Shown: piece by piece, positions 39,197 to 52,389 of the stretch
Layout: the number at the start of each line of letters is the position of its first letter
How positions within the stretch are numbered: the stretch's first letter is position 1
From: Ruditapes philippinarum
Lineage: Eukaryota
Direction of reading: 5' to 3'
DNA: 64,000 bases
Assembly: GCF_026571515.1 (NCBI RefSeq)
Contig: NW_026862826.1
Coordinates: 1 to 64,000 of the forward strand
Translations under genes and position numbers: made by a program
The notes under the pieces: generated by a model
The model's input: only the letters and a program-made list of their open reading frames with translations
Told to the model about the DNA's origin: nothing
The model's database searches: none

Positions 39197-42095
39197 ATGG
39201 CGGATGCGAAATACAAATCCGATATTTGGAAGTATTTTGAAAATATTAACAAATGGTAGCAGAGCTTTCATACACAGGTGGAAGAACAGGCACTATGTGG
39301 AACCATTCAAAGGTAATGGATCTTGAACTATAATTTTTTTAAAAACTTTTAAGTTTTCATGATAATTTTGCCATTGCTCTATTTTCCAGTTTGTTTTATA
39401 TATGTAAGTTATGGCATTATAGTACCCAGATAAGATACCTAATCTTGTATAATTATACAGTATACAGAAATTTTAAAGTTACGCAGGGATTGTGCAAAAG
39501 TAACGCTAAATTGAGCTATCTGTGACCAAAACGAGTATCACGGTAAGTATATCGGGATTTTAATTAACAAGTATATATTTTTAGTTAATTATTTTCAAGA
39601 AATGAAAACGCGCAAACGATTACTGAGACATTATAATTTTAACCTCACTGTCTGAATCATATTTTACCTGCTTTCTTTAATTATAATACATGTATAACAT
39701 TATTCATTATGTTAAGGTTTAAGGTAAACTTAAAATAAAACAAGAGGGCCATGATGGCCCTGAAATCGCTCACCTGTATATAGGCCCCTGGGCCAATGCC
39801 AATTCTAAACCAGGGACTTGTATTTGAACAAACTTGGTAGACAGCCATTAGAAGATGTTTCATGATAAATATCTATGCTTTAACTCTTTGGGCTTTTTAT
39901 AAGAAGATTTTTTAAAGTTTTTACTATATACATATAGGAAAAACAATGACCCCCTCCCCCCGGAGGAGCCAATTTTGACCCAGGGCTTTTATTTATTCAA
40001 ACTTGGTAGACACTAACTAGAAAATATTTCATGCTTAGTATCTATAGCTCTTTGGGTTTTTAAAAAGAAGATATTTTAAGTTTTTACTCTATACAAAATA
40101 ACGAAAATCAATGACCCCCGGGGCGGGGCCAATTTTGACCCCGTGGCATTGATTTGAATAAACTCGGTAGACACTGACTAGGTGGTGTTTCCTGCCAAAT
40201 ATTTTAGCTCTAGCTCTTGCGGTTTTCTAAAAGAAAATATTTTAAGCTTTTACTATATACAAAAAAAGGAAAATCAATGATCCCTCTAGGCGGGGCCAAT
40301 TTTGACTCCAGGACTTTGATTTGAACAAACTTGGTAGACAGTGACTATGTGATGTTTCCTGGCACAAATGTAAGCTCTAGCTCTTGCTGTTTTCTAAAAG
40401 AAAATATTTTAAGTTTTTACTATATACAAATAAGGAAATCAATGACCCCGCGGGGCGGGGCCAATTTTAACCCCAGGGCATTTATTTGAACAGACTTGGT
40501 AGACACGACTAGCTGATGTTTCATGCCAAATATTTAACCTCTACCTTTTGCGGTTTTCTAAAAGAAGATATTTTAAGTTTACGGACGGACGGACGGAAGA
40601 CGGACGAAAAGCGATCACAAAAACTCGCCATGTCACTTTGTGACAGGTGAGCTTAAAAGGAGTTTTATTTGCATATATTCCCTTGTGTAATGACGACGAA
40701 ATATGAAAGTCGTCTACAATACAGTAGCCAGGTCTTTATTCTCTCGAATGATCATAAAAAGTAAAGATTTTCCGGAATAATGTAAAATGCTGGTTAATAT
40801 TTGATATATAGGTGAAGTGTGTCTAAGAAGCCGTTTCTTTCAATTTCTTTCAATGTAACTCTTGTAATATTTAAGTCCAATGACTTGCCGCGTTCTAGTC
40901 GTTTCGACCATAGATTTACACACTTTTTGTCTTGCCACAAACTAAATGCTTTGTTTTTATTTTCCTCCGTTACTAGATATATACATATAGAGTGAAACTA
41001 GTTGTAATAAAATCGTTATCGTTTCATAGGGTGTACATAAAAAACTAATCAATATCTGCAGCAAACACAGCCACACCAGTTCCTAAGCAACATTCATTAA
41101 GGTTCTTTAATGCCGCCCAGAATATGAGTAATACAAAGGCGGACAACATAATACGTCAGCTGGCTATATATGACTGCTGCAGTAGCAAATCATCTAAATT
41201 GGCAGCTGCCCGTGCACTTATGAGTCACTTTTCCCACTCGCTTCAGGGCACAGAGGCCCTTAGAAGATGCCACGCGGCCCCTAACTCTAATTCAAGATGT
41301 CCCTTCTCGTTAAAATAGCTCGTTCCTAATGGTCCAACGATTTTTAAAATTGATGGTCCATGTTGACAATGTAGTACATGACACACATGTAAGTAAACCC
41401 ATCCACAGAAGTTTGTTTTTATCAGAAAGTGACTGGAACGTTCTTTCCTCAATTGAGTCCTTAGATTAGGCTACTGAAATGCTGAGCAAGGATGACTAGC
41501 CTTCAGCTAGCGTATACCCCCACTCATACTCTGTATGTCGACCATTTGTTACCAGTCCCATTTGATATAACTATTGTCTTTAGACTTAAGGCTTTGATCA
41601 TTAAGAGTTTAAAACGAAGGTTCTTTGTAGATGAAAATGAAAATGCTACAGTTGTTATCTCCATGGTACTTGCAATGGCTGCCGATCCACGATACAAGTC
41701 ACTAAAAGCATTGTCATCTCAACTAAGCGACGATGTCATAACAGCATTTGTTTCAAAATTAAGCGCTGGCAAATCCACAGAATGTCCAGTAGCTATTTCT
41801 AATCAGTCAGTAAAATCTAAAGTTAAAACCCCTTGGCCACCTGTCAAAAATGACTGACTGAGCCACTTCTGTGCCAAGTGAAAGAACATTTTTACAAGCC
41901 AGTCCCAACCTAAATAAAACAATTAGTTATGTTTTACGCTAATTATGAAATAGAGCAACACTTATTCTGCCCCCCCCCCTTCCTCCTGCTGTTAAGATTG
42001 AACCTGATCTGATGAATGACCATCCCCAACAATCACCATGTGACCTACAGTACCACCATTGCAATGCTTGCATTTATCACTGTACCAGTCTCAAA
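39197..42095 (+). pseudogene. Decayed hAT (ZBED1/Ac-like) transposase
   Basis: BED-finger pieces MADAKYKSDIWKYF and LSYTGGRTGTMWNH (39197-39312, then a GT donor); HFSHS; LIQDVPSR*NSSFLMVQRFL at 41287 (cf. DVxTRWNS); AADPRYKSL at ~41680; dimerisation-domain-like TIAMLAFITVPVS at ~42055. Confidence 0.85.
39739..40658 (+). mobile_element. HINE-like element with five ~165-bp core repeats, nested in the hAT remnant
   Basis: Palindrome agggccatgatggccct, inverted repeats gctcacctg / caggtgagc, caatgacccc at ~165-bp period, (GGAC)n near the 3' end. Confidence 0.85.
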
Positions 42096-43319
42096 TCGTG
42101 TAAAATCGTGAGATAAAATCTGGAGAAATCTGAAAAGGATTTTGTTTACAGTAACCGTTGACAATTCTTTATACATGTATGTTCGGCGTTTCATTTCTGC
42201 CAATGGCAATGAAGAAATAAAGTTCTCCAGTATAAAGACCTGTATTAATTTCCTATTGTACCATCTTATATTGTGAAAGGTGCGGCCCTTAATTGGAAAT
42301 ATTTTATTATTTTCTTGAGTACAACACAATACGAACTAAATGTCATGTCTTGCCATAAAAAACAAAGTAAGTACCTAAAATCTAAGAGTTCTTTTAGTAC
42401 GGTCGTTTAAAAGTTTAACACGGTTATGTGATCCCTGTTTAAATGGTTTGCTTAGTATACTGTTACACCAAAAAAGACAGTAAGTGTATAACAGTCATCA
42501 AGGACATTAATTTAAGAGTTACCTCTGTTTTTCAATGCAACAGCTAAAAGAAAATATCAAAAAAGCAACCTAAAAAGTTAGCATAAAAAAGGAGCAGAGA
42601 CAAAAATAAATAACACAAAAGTGCAAGCTATTCCTTTGTTTGTTTGTTTGTTTGTTTGTTTTAATACTCTTCGCATGCACGTACAAGTTAAACAACTGAG
42701 TCAGGTCATAAGACGATTTAAATAAAGAAGTGTCTATTCATATTCACATTTCAGTTTTGAGGAGAATTTCACCATATCATATGCTTCAAATAATTACATA
42801 AATTCTCTTCCTTTTATGGTATATATAAAAAGAACATATGGTGCATAAAACCGGTTGACATATACATCATTTCAATGCTCCACGTGGCATTTTACTCCAT
42901 AACATGTCAGGTATCCATATCATTAAAAGATGTATGGGTTAAATTTGTACCACTGTGAATGTAGTGATAATAATTAGTATTTGTTTATGATACTATCAAG
43001 ACAGGTCGCATATGCTTATTGCTAAATTAATAAAACTTCGATATCAAATTATTAATCTAATAAATTTAATAAATGTAATGACTGAATTCATGACTGAATT
43101 TATGGTGTTTTTTTATTTGAATTTTCACCATGAACAGTTTTGTATGCTTTTTATGACCTATAACTTCGTGTATATGATACATGTTTCACCAAGATTCAAT
43201 AAAAACATAGCAAATTAAACGCACTTTGTTTCTCGTACATGTTACGGTGAATACGACACGACAATATGTACTATAATAAAATACATCATTAAAATTTGTC
43301 CAAGGTTGACCTAGGGTTT

Positions 43320-43910
43320 CGAATACGTCACAGTTTTATTGTTATGGAAACATAACAAACATGTTATGACAGGACATGCAATTGACAATTTAAAGTACTA
43401 ATAATTTATTTTAGTTTTAGCAAAAGCAACACTCAAAAAGAAATCACAGTTATAACAATCTGTCTCTTCGAGTGTAAATATAATTGGATTGAGCCAGTAC
43501 TAGACATTAAAATAATTGAATTTACACTATCTATCTATGATATGTACGAGTAGTGAAACTTTTTTGGCTGGATTATAAAGCAATTATGCAATATTTTGCT
43601 GTTTTAAAATTTAATTTTTAGCAATGAAAAAGAAAATGATTTGTGTCTTATATATTATTCAGAAAGATAACAATTGTTTTGATCGTTAATGCACAATGTG
43701 ATCTGTAAGCAACATGTTTCCCTCGCGACATTATAACACTGCAAACAAAATTCATTTTCATTTAGATCTTGTTTGTGTGGTTTTTGCTAAGCAACAAACG
43801 TTAATGATGTTTTCCCAATTTGTGGACCAGAAATGAAGGTCACAGGTGGATTCCTTACGACTCATTTAGAATTATTTCACATTGATTCAATTTGTAACAA
43901 TGTAATTAGA
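43320..43910. repeat. Diverged local duplication, copy 1 (copy 2 at 48620-49230)
   Basis: Collinear shared blocks: gaatacg..tatggaaaca, aattatgcaatatt, tattattcaga, acaaacg(t)taatgatgtt, tgattcaatt. Confidence 0.7.
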
Positions 43911-44099
43911 TATACTACCTAGCTGATACAGTAAACACGTATAATTAGAAGGTATTTTCATAGAGTCACGTGGCAAAACATGGCCTCATTATATAGAAAT
44001 GTCGAAAGACAGTAACGTGATATACATGTACCTCCATTTAGACACAGTCACATTCATTTGTCTTTTTATGGTGTTGAGATAGCATGTTTCAAAATCAAG

Positions 44100-44222
44100 A
44101 CATGTTGAATTCTGCTTAAGCCGGTGCTGGGGGCGTGAATGTTGGTTTGCAATTGACAGTACCGTCCATGGGCAGGCTCAATCAAACCGAGCCTGCAACA
44201 TTTTTAATTTTGTCGTTTTGAC
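44100..44222 (-). repeat. Copy of the dispersed CRLGLIE segment
   Basis: Reverse strand reads CCRLGLIEPAHGRYCQ. Confidence 0.8.
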
Positions 44223-45169
44223 TTTTTTGTGGAATATATAAAAGTAAACCCAATGACCATAAGAAAAGTACTCAATGTCCTAAACAAGAAAAGCACCAAC
44301 AAGGGCCCGACAAAGCAAGGCAGAAGACGAACATTAAGACAATTCAGTCCCAACGGGCTTTAAGAACTGTCCATCATAGAATCTCCCACTTGGTCCATCA
44401 GATGTAATCAAAAGAGGAAAGCGTAGTGTCCAAATGTAAAAGGGTTGAACACTAAGCATGTAGTATGTCTTAAAATAGTAGGGTCATAACCTCTTTTAAT
44501 AAAACGTTTAATGATTTTAGTAAAAACAACAGAAAAATTATCATGACCCAAAATCTTACGAAGTTTGTAAATCACATCGCCACAAAAACCAGACTGGCTA
44601 ATCCCTTGTTGCAGAAGAGTTTTTAAATCACTATTGAATTTTGAAATTAAATCAAAAATACGATTGTAAAATTTTGTAAAATATTTCAGTAATTGATGAT
44701 AGCGGTAGCCCTGTTTTAGAAGCTTGCTGGTAATAAAAAATATTCAGCTCGTTTAAATCCTTTACGTTGCTACAAGACCACATTTTTTGCATAGGCAGCA
44801 ACCTCAAGGACTTCACTTTCTTATACATTATAAAAATCAATTCTATAAACAACGAGGAACTGTAGACCAAGACTTGATTGAGATAATTCATGGGCAGTAA
44901 TGAAAAATGCAATACGACCCCCATTCAAAGCAGATTCAAAACTGAAATACTAGAAATGTCTGTAGCCTAACTTACAATCTGTTTTGTATGAAAACTGTAG
45001 ATTTTGCTTTTTTTTGTTTTAAATTTTCATTGAATATAAATTTATCACGAATAAATTACAGAAAACAAAATGTTTTGATATGTGAGACTTCCCTGTTACA
45101 CTTGCATACTCATTCCAACACTTTCTTCATTTTAGGTTTTTATCCTCAGGAGGTATAGTCCGCTTAGAG

Positions 45170-45835
45170 TGTAAATTTTCTTTACGAATATCCTTTGTGG
45201 TGTGCCCATCACAATACCACCGCCATCTCTTTACTTCTTCGTTTGTTGTACATGAGGAGTCGTGTCCGAGTCATAACCTCGCATATTTTGACTTTTATAG
45301 TGTTTTGTAACTTGAAGAGATCGTCTGGATCGAAAAGTGCTCTGTCTTTATTGTAGCTTCTTGATAGAAGTGTCGTTGTTGCAATTTTGCCAACAAAATT
45401 TACCGCCAATTCAAACTTCGTAAATTTCATTACGCCATTACAATCATCAACTGATTCGTCATCTTGCATTCTAAAAGCAATTCCCCATTTTGCTCCTATC
45501 AGGCGCTTTAAATCGAAACCGAGTTTGATGGCTGTCGAAGGAGCCTTCAAGTCTTTTTGTCGTCAAAATCTGGGGACGCTGAAGCTCTGACTTTGTTGCC
45601 AAAATACTGAGGTATAGGTCAAACTGGTGCTTCAATTTATTGGTTTGTGGATTAATCAGCAACGTTGCACCCCCTCATGTGCGAGGATGTGTACTATTTT
45701 CTTTTAGGTACGTTGCCAATGTTTTGTATCAGCCACAGGTTTCTAAAACTGACAACACGGATCACTCTGAACGATTTCAGTTATGATATCGTTAGTCATT
45801 ATAGAATAAACTTTTTCAGATTTTTGACTCGGACG
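45170..45835 (-). pseudogene. Internally deleted tyrosine-recombinase (Crypton-like) gene remnant
   Basis: Frameshifted IMTNDIITEIVQSDP..WLIQNIGN..YTSSHMR, KAPSTAIKLGFDLKRL, RLLMYNKRRSKE (catalytic Arg box) and GHTTKDIRKEN (His/Tyr box-like). Family recognised from memory. Confidence 0.65.
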
Positions 45836-45837
45836 GT

Positions 45838-46790
45838 AGTTTGCACTTGACAGTACCGTCCATGAACAGGCTCAATCAAACATTTTCAATTTTTCCATGT
45901 TGGGCTTTCTTTAGGATTCTTATTTCGCTCTATTTTTTGCAAAAGATACGATCTTTCCTGCCGGACAGGTCTGCAGTAGTGTTTTGGATTTGTTTGCCTA
46001 TACTTTGGCAAAAAATGTTTCGATATGTCAGACTTCCCTGTTACACTTTGTAACTCATTCCAACTTTCTTCATCTGATGTTTTTATCCTCATGAGGTTAA
46101 GTCCGCTTTCTTTACCTTGGCAAAGACTTTTTTGAAGAGTGAGACTTCGCTTTTACGCCTGAATATTCGTCCACACGTTCTTCACTTGAGGTTCTATCTT
46201 TAGGAAGTTTGTCCTCTTTCTATACTTTGGAAGGGACAGTTTTAATGTGTGAGACTTTCCTTTTACATTTGAATCTTCATTCAAACTTCTTCACAAGAGG
46301 TTCTGTCTCTGGAATGTCTGGTTTTCTTTCTATTTCTTCCAAAAGATTATAGGAGATACCACTTTTACCTATACTTTCAATTCACGAGTTTTCATTTTCA
46401 ATAGAACTTCCATCCATGCTATCTCCATCATATTTGTGTGTCAGCTTGTCATCTTTTTATACTTTTGACAGGAATGTTTTGATGTTTTCCTGTTACACTT
46501 TAATAATTATCTGAACTTTCTTCACAAGAGGTTTCATATCGGGGATGTCTGTTTTTCTTTCTATTTATTTTTAAAGAATGCCTTGAGCTATAGGAGTAAT
46601 CATTTTTACGTGAACTTTCAGTGCACGAGTTTCATTTTCAGTAGAACTTCCATCCATGCCATATCCATCATCTTTTTTTATATCTGTGTTCATTTTTCTA
46701 TACCTTTTCAAGGACTGTTTTGATGTGAGACACTTCCCTTTCATGCCTGAATTTTCATAAAAAACAAATTTTGTCCACTCAAGGTTTCAT
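45838..46790 (-). pseudogene. Decayed long exon encoding Ser/Lys/Glu-rich ~37-aa repeats, ending in the CRLGLIE segment
   Basis: Repeated TSxEESxxExxSVxGKSHxSKxxLPKYRK units with stops and indels; DGSSxENE occurs twice; 45050-45170 duplicates 46005-46110. Confidence 0.55.
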
Positions 46791-47899
46791 TTTTGGTTGT
46801 CTGGTTCTCTATCTGTCAGACAGACGACTGACAGACAGAGGACATTTCCATAGTACCCTTTCCGCACTGTGGGGGGGGGGGATTTAAAATTTTAATTTTC
46901 GTCCATGGCATTTATAAACTATTTATTTGATTGGAACCATCATTAAAGTTACGATAAAATCAATTTATACATTTTAACTTCTTTTAATAAGACTAACATC
47001 CAGATCGGTGTTCTAAAAACCCAAGTCTATTAATAGCTCTATCTATAATTAGGTGCGCATACAAATGATATTCATTTATATTTGCATCAGTTGCATTTAC
47101 TTGTAAGTACCCCTCTTATGATTACCTGCTACAAAAACAAAACATCACTTTACTTCCTACGAATTGTTCATGAATCTCAAATAAACAAATTCATAACGGT
47201 ACTTGCATTTAAAACACTCGATATTTTAAGCTTTTACAGAAAATCGTTTTGTGCAATTTTCAAAGTTTGTCACTTATATTTGTAGGCTCAGCAGAAATAT
47301 CTAAGTTTCTTCGTCGAAGTTTGAAAACAAACTTTATTTCACTACCTAACCAACTGAACATAAATTATCATTTTTAACTGCGGCTTTAAGCAAATAATAT
47401 GATCAACAGTTTGAATTTCAAAAGAATATAAATATACAAAGTATGTTTGTGGTTAACAGTGAAATTATCTTCCGGATACAAGAGGCGTGTCTTCTGAAAG
47501 TACACTCTCTTACTGGTATGAGACACTTTGCTTCCCGCATGATGAATTTAAAATGCAATAAATATCTCATTTGTCGTGTACAGTTACATCAGATTTCATT
47601 TTCTGCTTGACGATTTTAAAAGCAAACGCCTACTTAAATTAAACGAGTCTCAGAGTACTGTTCAAACGATATACGTGGTGGGACGGAAATAGGATGATTA
47701 TCTGTGTGTCATATCTATTTTATCAATCGCAATATGTCATTTATTTTAATATCATTTAATTTTTCGATTCAAGTTCAAGAAAACGTAACATGACTTCGGT
47801 TTCACAAATTTCCTTTATACAACTGTTACATAATATTTTTGAATATGACTTAATTTTGTATAGATTTTTATACCTCACAACAACAAGTGTCAAGTGCTG

Positions 47900-48133
47900 T
47901 GTTGCAGCTGTAAACACTTGCCCCGTTCTTGTCATATATTTCTGGTCCGGCGATTGATTCCAACAGTTTTAAGTGTTGAAAATTGAGTACCGATTAAGCC
48001 GGTGCTGAGGGGCATGAGGGATGTTGCACTTTGTCACTATCCCTAATGTACGGAAACAATCAGACCGAGTCTGCAATATTTATGTAATTTTGTTGTGGGT
48101 TATGCTTTCGAATGATCACATTTTGTTCAGATT
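47900..48133 (-). repeat. Copy of the dispersed CRLGLIE segment (partial extra copy at 48352-48409)
   Basis: Reverse strand reads YCRLGLIVSVH in one frame and QQNYINIADSV* in another. Confidence 0.8.
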
Positions 48134-48619
48134 TTAAAGATCCTGTATGTTGTAATTAAGGTCGTTACCACACTTACGCGTAAGTGAAGTTTGATATATA
48201 TATATAAAATTATGCTTCTAAAACAATTTTCAAACATCGAAGAATATACAAAATAATTATGTACTGCAAATATTTGTCCATCTTATACGTAATCATTAAA
48301 ATATATGCATATATTTCTTATTGAAAAAAAATGACTTAGACTTTATATTCAGTTCTCTTGTAATTTTGTTGTGATAAATGCTTCCGAGGGATCACTTTGT
48401 TTCCAGATTCTTTTTATAGAAAATAAATTTGTTATTACTTCCCTTTATTAACATGACATGTTAATTCACAAATAATGCATTTCAGAACTTACAATATTAA
48501 TAAATCTTCATTTTAGCATTATAATTATGATATACAACCAAAATGTTTCAGGGTCTTTAAGTGTTCGCAATTGTTATCGTTTAATGTGTTGTTTTTTCAA
48601 TGAGCTTTGCGTCCAACCA

Positions 48620-49230
48620 AAACGAATACGACATGTTTATTATTGATATGGAAACAAAAGAAAACTCGTTATGATACGAGATGATATGACAATTTTAATA
48701 ATGTATTTTATTTCAAGCAAAAGAAAAAAATCAGTTAAAGCAATTACATTCTTTTTATTCACGTTTCTTCAAAACATATTTATTAATTTATTTATTTTGG
48801 GTCAGCTGCCTATAACAAATGTCATTGCCTGAAATTGAAATAAAAGATTTAACGTTATCTGGTGTATGTTAAGTTAGTGTAATAGATAATTATGCAATAT
48901 TGTGCGTGATCAACTTAAACTTGTTCTTGCAAAAAGGATGAAATCAATGTGATCCGTGTCCTTGTCTAATATTATTCAGATTCAGGATTGACAACGCAAA
49001 ATGTTTCTGCTCTCCTAGTTCTCCTAGTTGTGCCCAAACAACACTACCATAGGTTTGAAAGTGTGTTTGTTCTTTATCTCTCGTTTTTTGTTGTTTTTTT
49101 TTGTTGTTTTTCTTTTGCCCAAAAACAAACGTGAATGATGTTATCCTTATTGTGTATAATGAAGGTAGATCACAAATGAATTCGTCCAGTAAGAATTTCT
49201 TTCACATATGATTCAATTGTTACAAAATTT
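48620..49230. repeat. Diverged local duplication, copy 2
   Basis: Same collinear blocks as 43320-43910. Confidence 0.7.
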
Positions 49231-49557
49231 TTATGTATAGTCTAGTTGTTGGAACTTATTTAATCTTTTCAAATATATTTTTGTTTTATTAATATATCGT
49301 TAGTTTCTATAGTATTGTCTTGTAAATTAACCACTCCATCACTTTTTGCACATAAAAACCTATTGTGTTTTATTTGTTGTTTTTATGTTGTTCTTGTTGA
49401 TGATGATGATGATGATTTTGTAAAAAAAGATGTTCATAACATTTTGATTGTGATAAAAATTACACATTTTACCTATGAATTTATTAACAATACTATGAGT
49501 ATTCATCATCCATGCAAATACATCGAAATAATCTGTATCAACTTAAATTCAACTTAA

Positions 49558-50326
49558 GGTAGACCATGGGTAATGGGCACTATAAGGAACTGTAACATTG
49601 ACAACATAGGACAGTTATATACCTTAAAGGTCATATGTATGCAAAATTTTGATGAAATTTACCGTGTGGTTTATGAGTTATGGGTATATTTCTGAACTAA
49701 AACTTTGCTATTAGATGGTTTTTTTCAGAAATGAGTAAACTTTAAATAATCTACAATATCATCATTATGAAAAATGTTTTCATATTGCTCTTTCTTAAGA
49801 AACAAACAATAACATTCAGGTAACAAATTATACGAGCAAAATGATTGTTTCTAAACAAAATGTTTTTTCATATGTATAAAAATGTTACCCTACACCATCC
49901 ACTTTAAACACTTATTTGACCATTTACCTATATAAAAAGCCTTATTCAAAATATCCCTAAAATTTTCCACAATGAGGGGCTGTTTTTTAAAGTTTGCCTT
50001 AATTTTCTTAAAAGTATATTGGTTTTACCGTGTAGTTTTTATTTCATTAAACTTTGAAAATATCTGTAATCATATTTGCTATTAAATTTGGCATTATTTA
50101 GAAAATAAATACCTACAATAATTATATAATTCAAATCAAACAATTTTTTCTTCCATAAGGGATCTGGGAGATACATAAATAATGTGAAAAATAAAAAAAG
50201 AAAGAAAAAAAGTTGCCCATACTGGGGTTTGAACCCACGCCCCTCATTTTCATTGTAGTTGACAAGTGATTTTAGCCTATTTTAATACTCTACAAAGTGG
50301 AGGTAATGCATTACCCATGGTCTACC
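49558..50326. mobile_element. Kolobok-like non-autonomous DNA transposon
   Basis: Perfect 18-bp TIRs ggtagaccatgggtaatg / cattacccatggtctacc, TTAA on both flanks, RR..YY termini. Confidence 0.88.
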
Positions 50327-51231
50327 TTAATTTCAAAATTATTATTTTAACAAATAATTGCTCTGATGTGAACATCATAATTCATATTAACAATAACAAA
50401 TGTAAATTAGAATAATAAACAGTTTGATGAAATATTACAGTTTGAATTAATTTAAGATAACATTTTTATAATAGCGAGATAACCTCACATCTTTTCAAAA
50501 AAACATAAAAAAATTAACCTTAAAGTGCTTTCGTACGTCTTGATATGTTGACACTTCAGTGGATTTCAAACTGCACTCGTTTTATGATATAAGATAACCT
50601 GCAATAAAATGTCGATGTAATGGTGCATTGCGTTCACTTAAACAAACTAATTTTATTATAAGATGGTTTGGTTCGTTGCATTGGAAATGCGCTAGGATTT
50701 ATGAAAATGAATGTCCTTGACTTTTTGATGGATTAAAAGAAATTCTACTGCCTCCGTTCTTAGAAATGGAAAACAAATGTCAGTTTCTAGGTAAATTGAT
50801 AACATAAAGTAATTTCAAGTGACACATTGTTTCTTTGCGACACACGCTTAGACTTACAAATGGCCATGTATCCATTTATGTACAGAAAATAATGCGACAA
50901 TACCGCCTCTGCTCTTTGAAATAAACACAATATTTTCAAGCTAGTCTTAAAACCAAACTTCGTCTGAATCACAAAAATAACATTTAAAAACTTGAATGTA
51001 TTGTTCCGTAAAAATCCTTAAACTTTTGTTCTTTTTTAATAAGTTAATAAAATAATAGATTACGAGCCACTGTAAGAATTTTAATGAATTGTATAATTAG
51101 CTTGTATCCAACACGTGTTTGCAATTACAGTCTTACGGTCGGGTTTTATATCTTCATATTAATATAGAGAATTCATAAAAATATAAGGGCAATATGTTGA
51201 AATTTCAGAAGTTCATAAGTGTACAGTATTG

Positions 51232-52389
51232 TACGAAAGACCGTTCGAACATTCAACTTCATAAATTCCCGAATTTATCTTCATAAATTCCAGATTTCAA
51301 CTGCACGATTTCAACTTCATGAATACACGATTTCAACTTCATGAAATTGAAATAGTGAATTTTTGAAGTAATCGTCATTCGTGAAGTTGAAATCATCATA
51401 TCACGAAGTTGAATTCATAGAATTGAAATCGTGAACTCGTAAAGTTAAAATCGTGAATTCATAAAGTTGAAATCGTGAAGTTGAAATCGTGAATTCATGA
51501 AGTTGAAATCGTGAATTCGTGATTCCTGTATGTTGAAAACGTGAATTCATTAAATTCACTTCATGAGATTAAAATCGTATAGTAGTGAAGTTTAAATCGT
51601 CAATTCCTGTAAGTTAAAATCGTGAATTCATAAAATTGAAATTTTGAATTCATGAAGTTAAAATCGTGAATTCATGAAGCTGAAATCGTGATTCTCGTAT
51701 ATTGAAAACGTGAATTCATGAAATTCACTTAGTGTAGTTTAAATCGTCAATTCGTGAAGTTGAAATCGTAAAAATCGTGAAGTTGAAATCGTGACTTGAT
51801 GAAGTTGAAATCGTGGATTAAGAAAGTTGAAATCGTGAATTCGTGATTCCATTTGTTTAAAACGTGACTTCATGAAATTTACTTCATGAAATTGAAATCG
51901 TGAATTAATGAAGTTTAAATTGTCAATTTGTTCAGTTTAAATCGTGAATTCACGAAGTTGAATTCATGAAGTTTAAATCGTGAATTTGTGAAGTTTAAAT
52001 CGTGAATTCATGAAGCTGAAATCGTAAATTCTCGATTCCCATATGCTGAACACGTGAATTCATAAAAATCACTTCATGAAAATGAAATCGTGAATAAGTG
52101 AAGTTTAAATCGTCAATTCTTGAAGTTTAAATCGTGAATACACGAAGTTGAATTCCTTAAGTTGAAATTGTGAATTTGTGAAATTGAAATCGTGATTTCA
52201 TGAAGTTGGAATCGTGAATTCATGATGGTGATATTGTGAATTCATGAAGTTTAAATCGTGAATTCATGAAGCTGAAATCGTGAATTCGTGATTACCGTAT
52301 GTTGAAAACGTGAATTCATGAAGTCAAAATTGTGAATTCATGGTGATAAAATCGGGACTTCATGAAGATGAAATGGTCGGTCTTTCATA
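51232..52389. mobile_element. Foldback-like element built of 22-bp units (gaagttgaaatcgtgaattcat)
   Basis: Termini tacgaaagaccg / cggtctttcata, extending as ~60-bp imperfect TIRs. Units are inverted in the first ~110 bp and direct afterwards. Confidence 0.8.
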
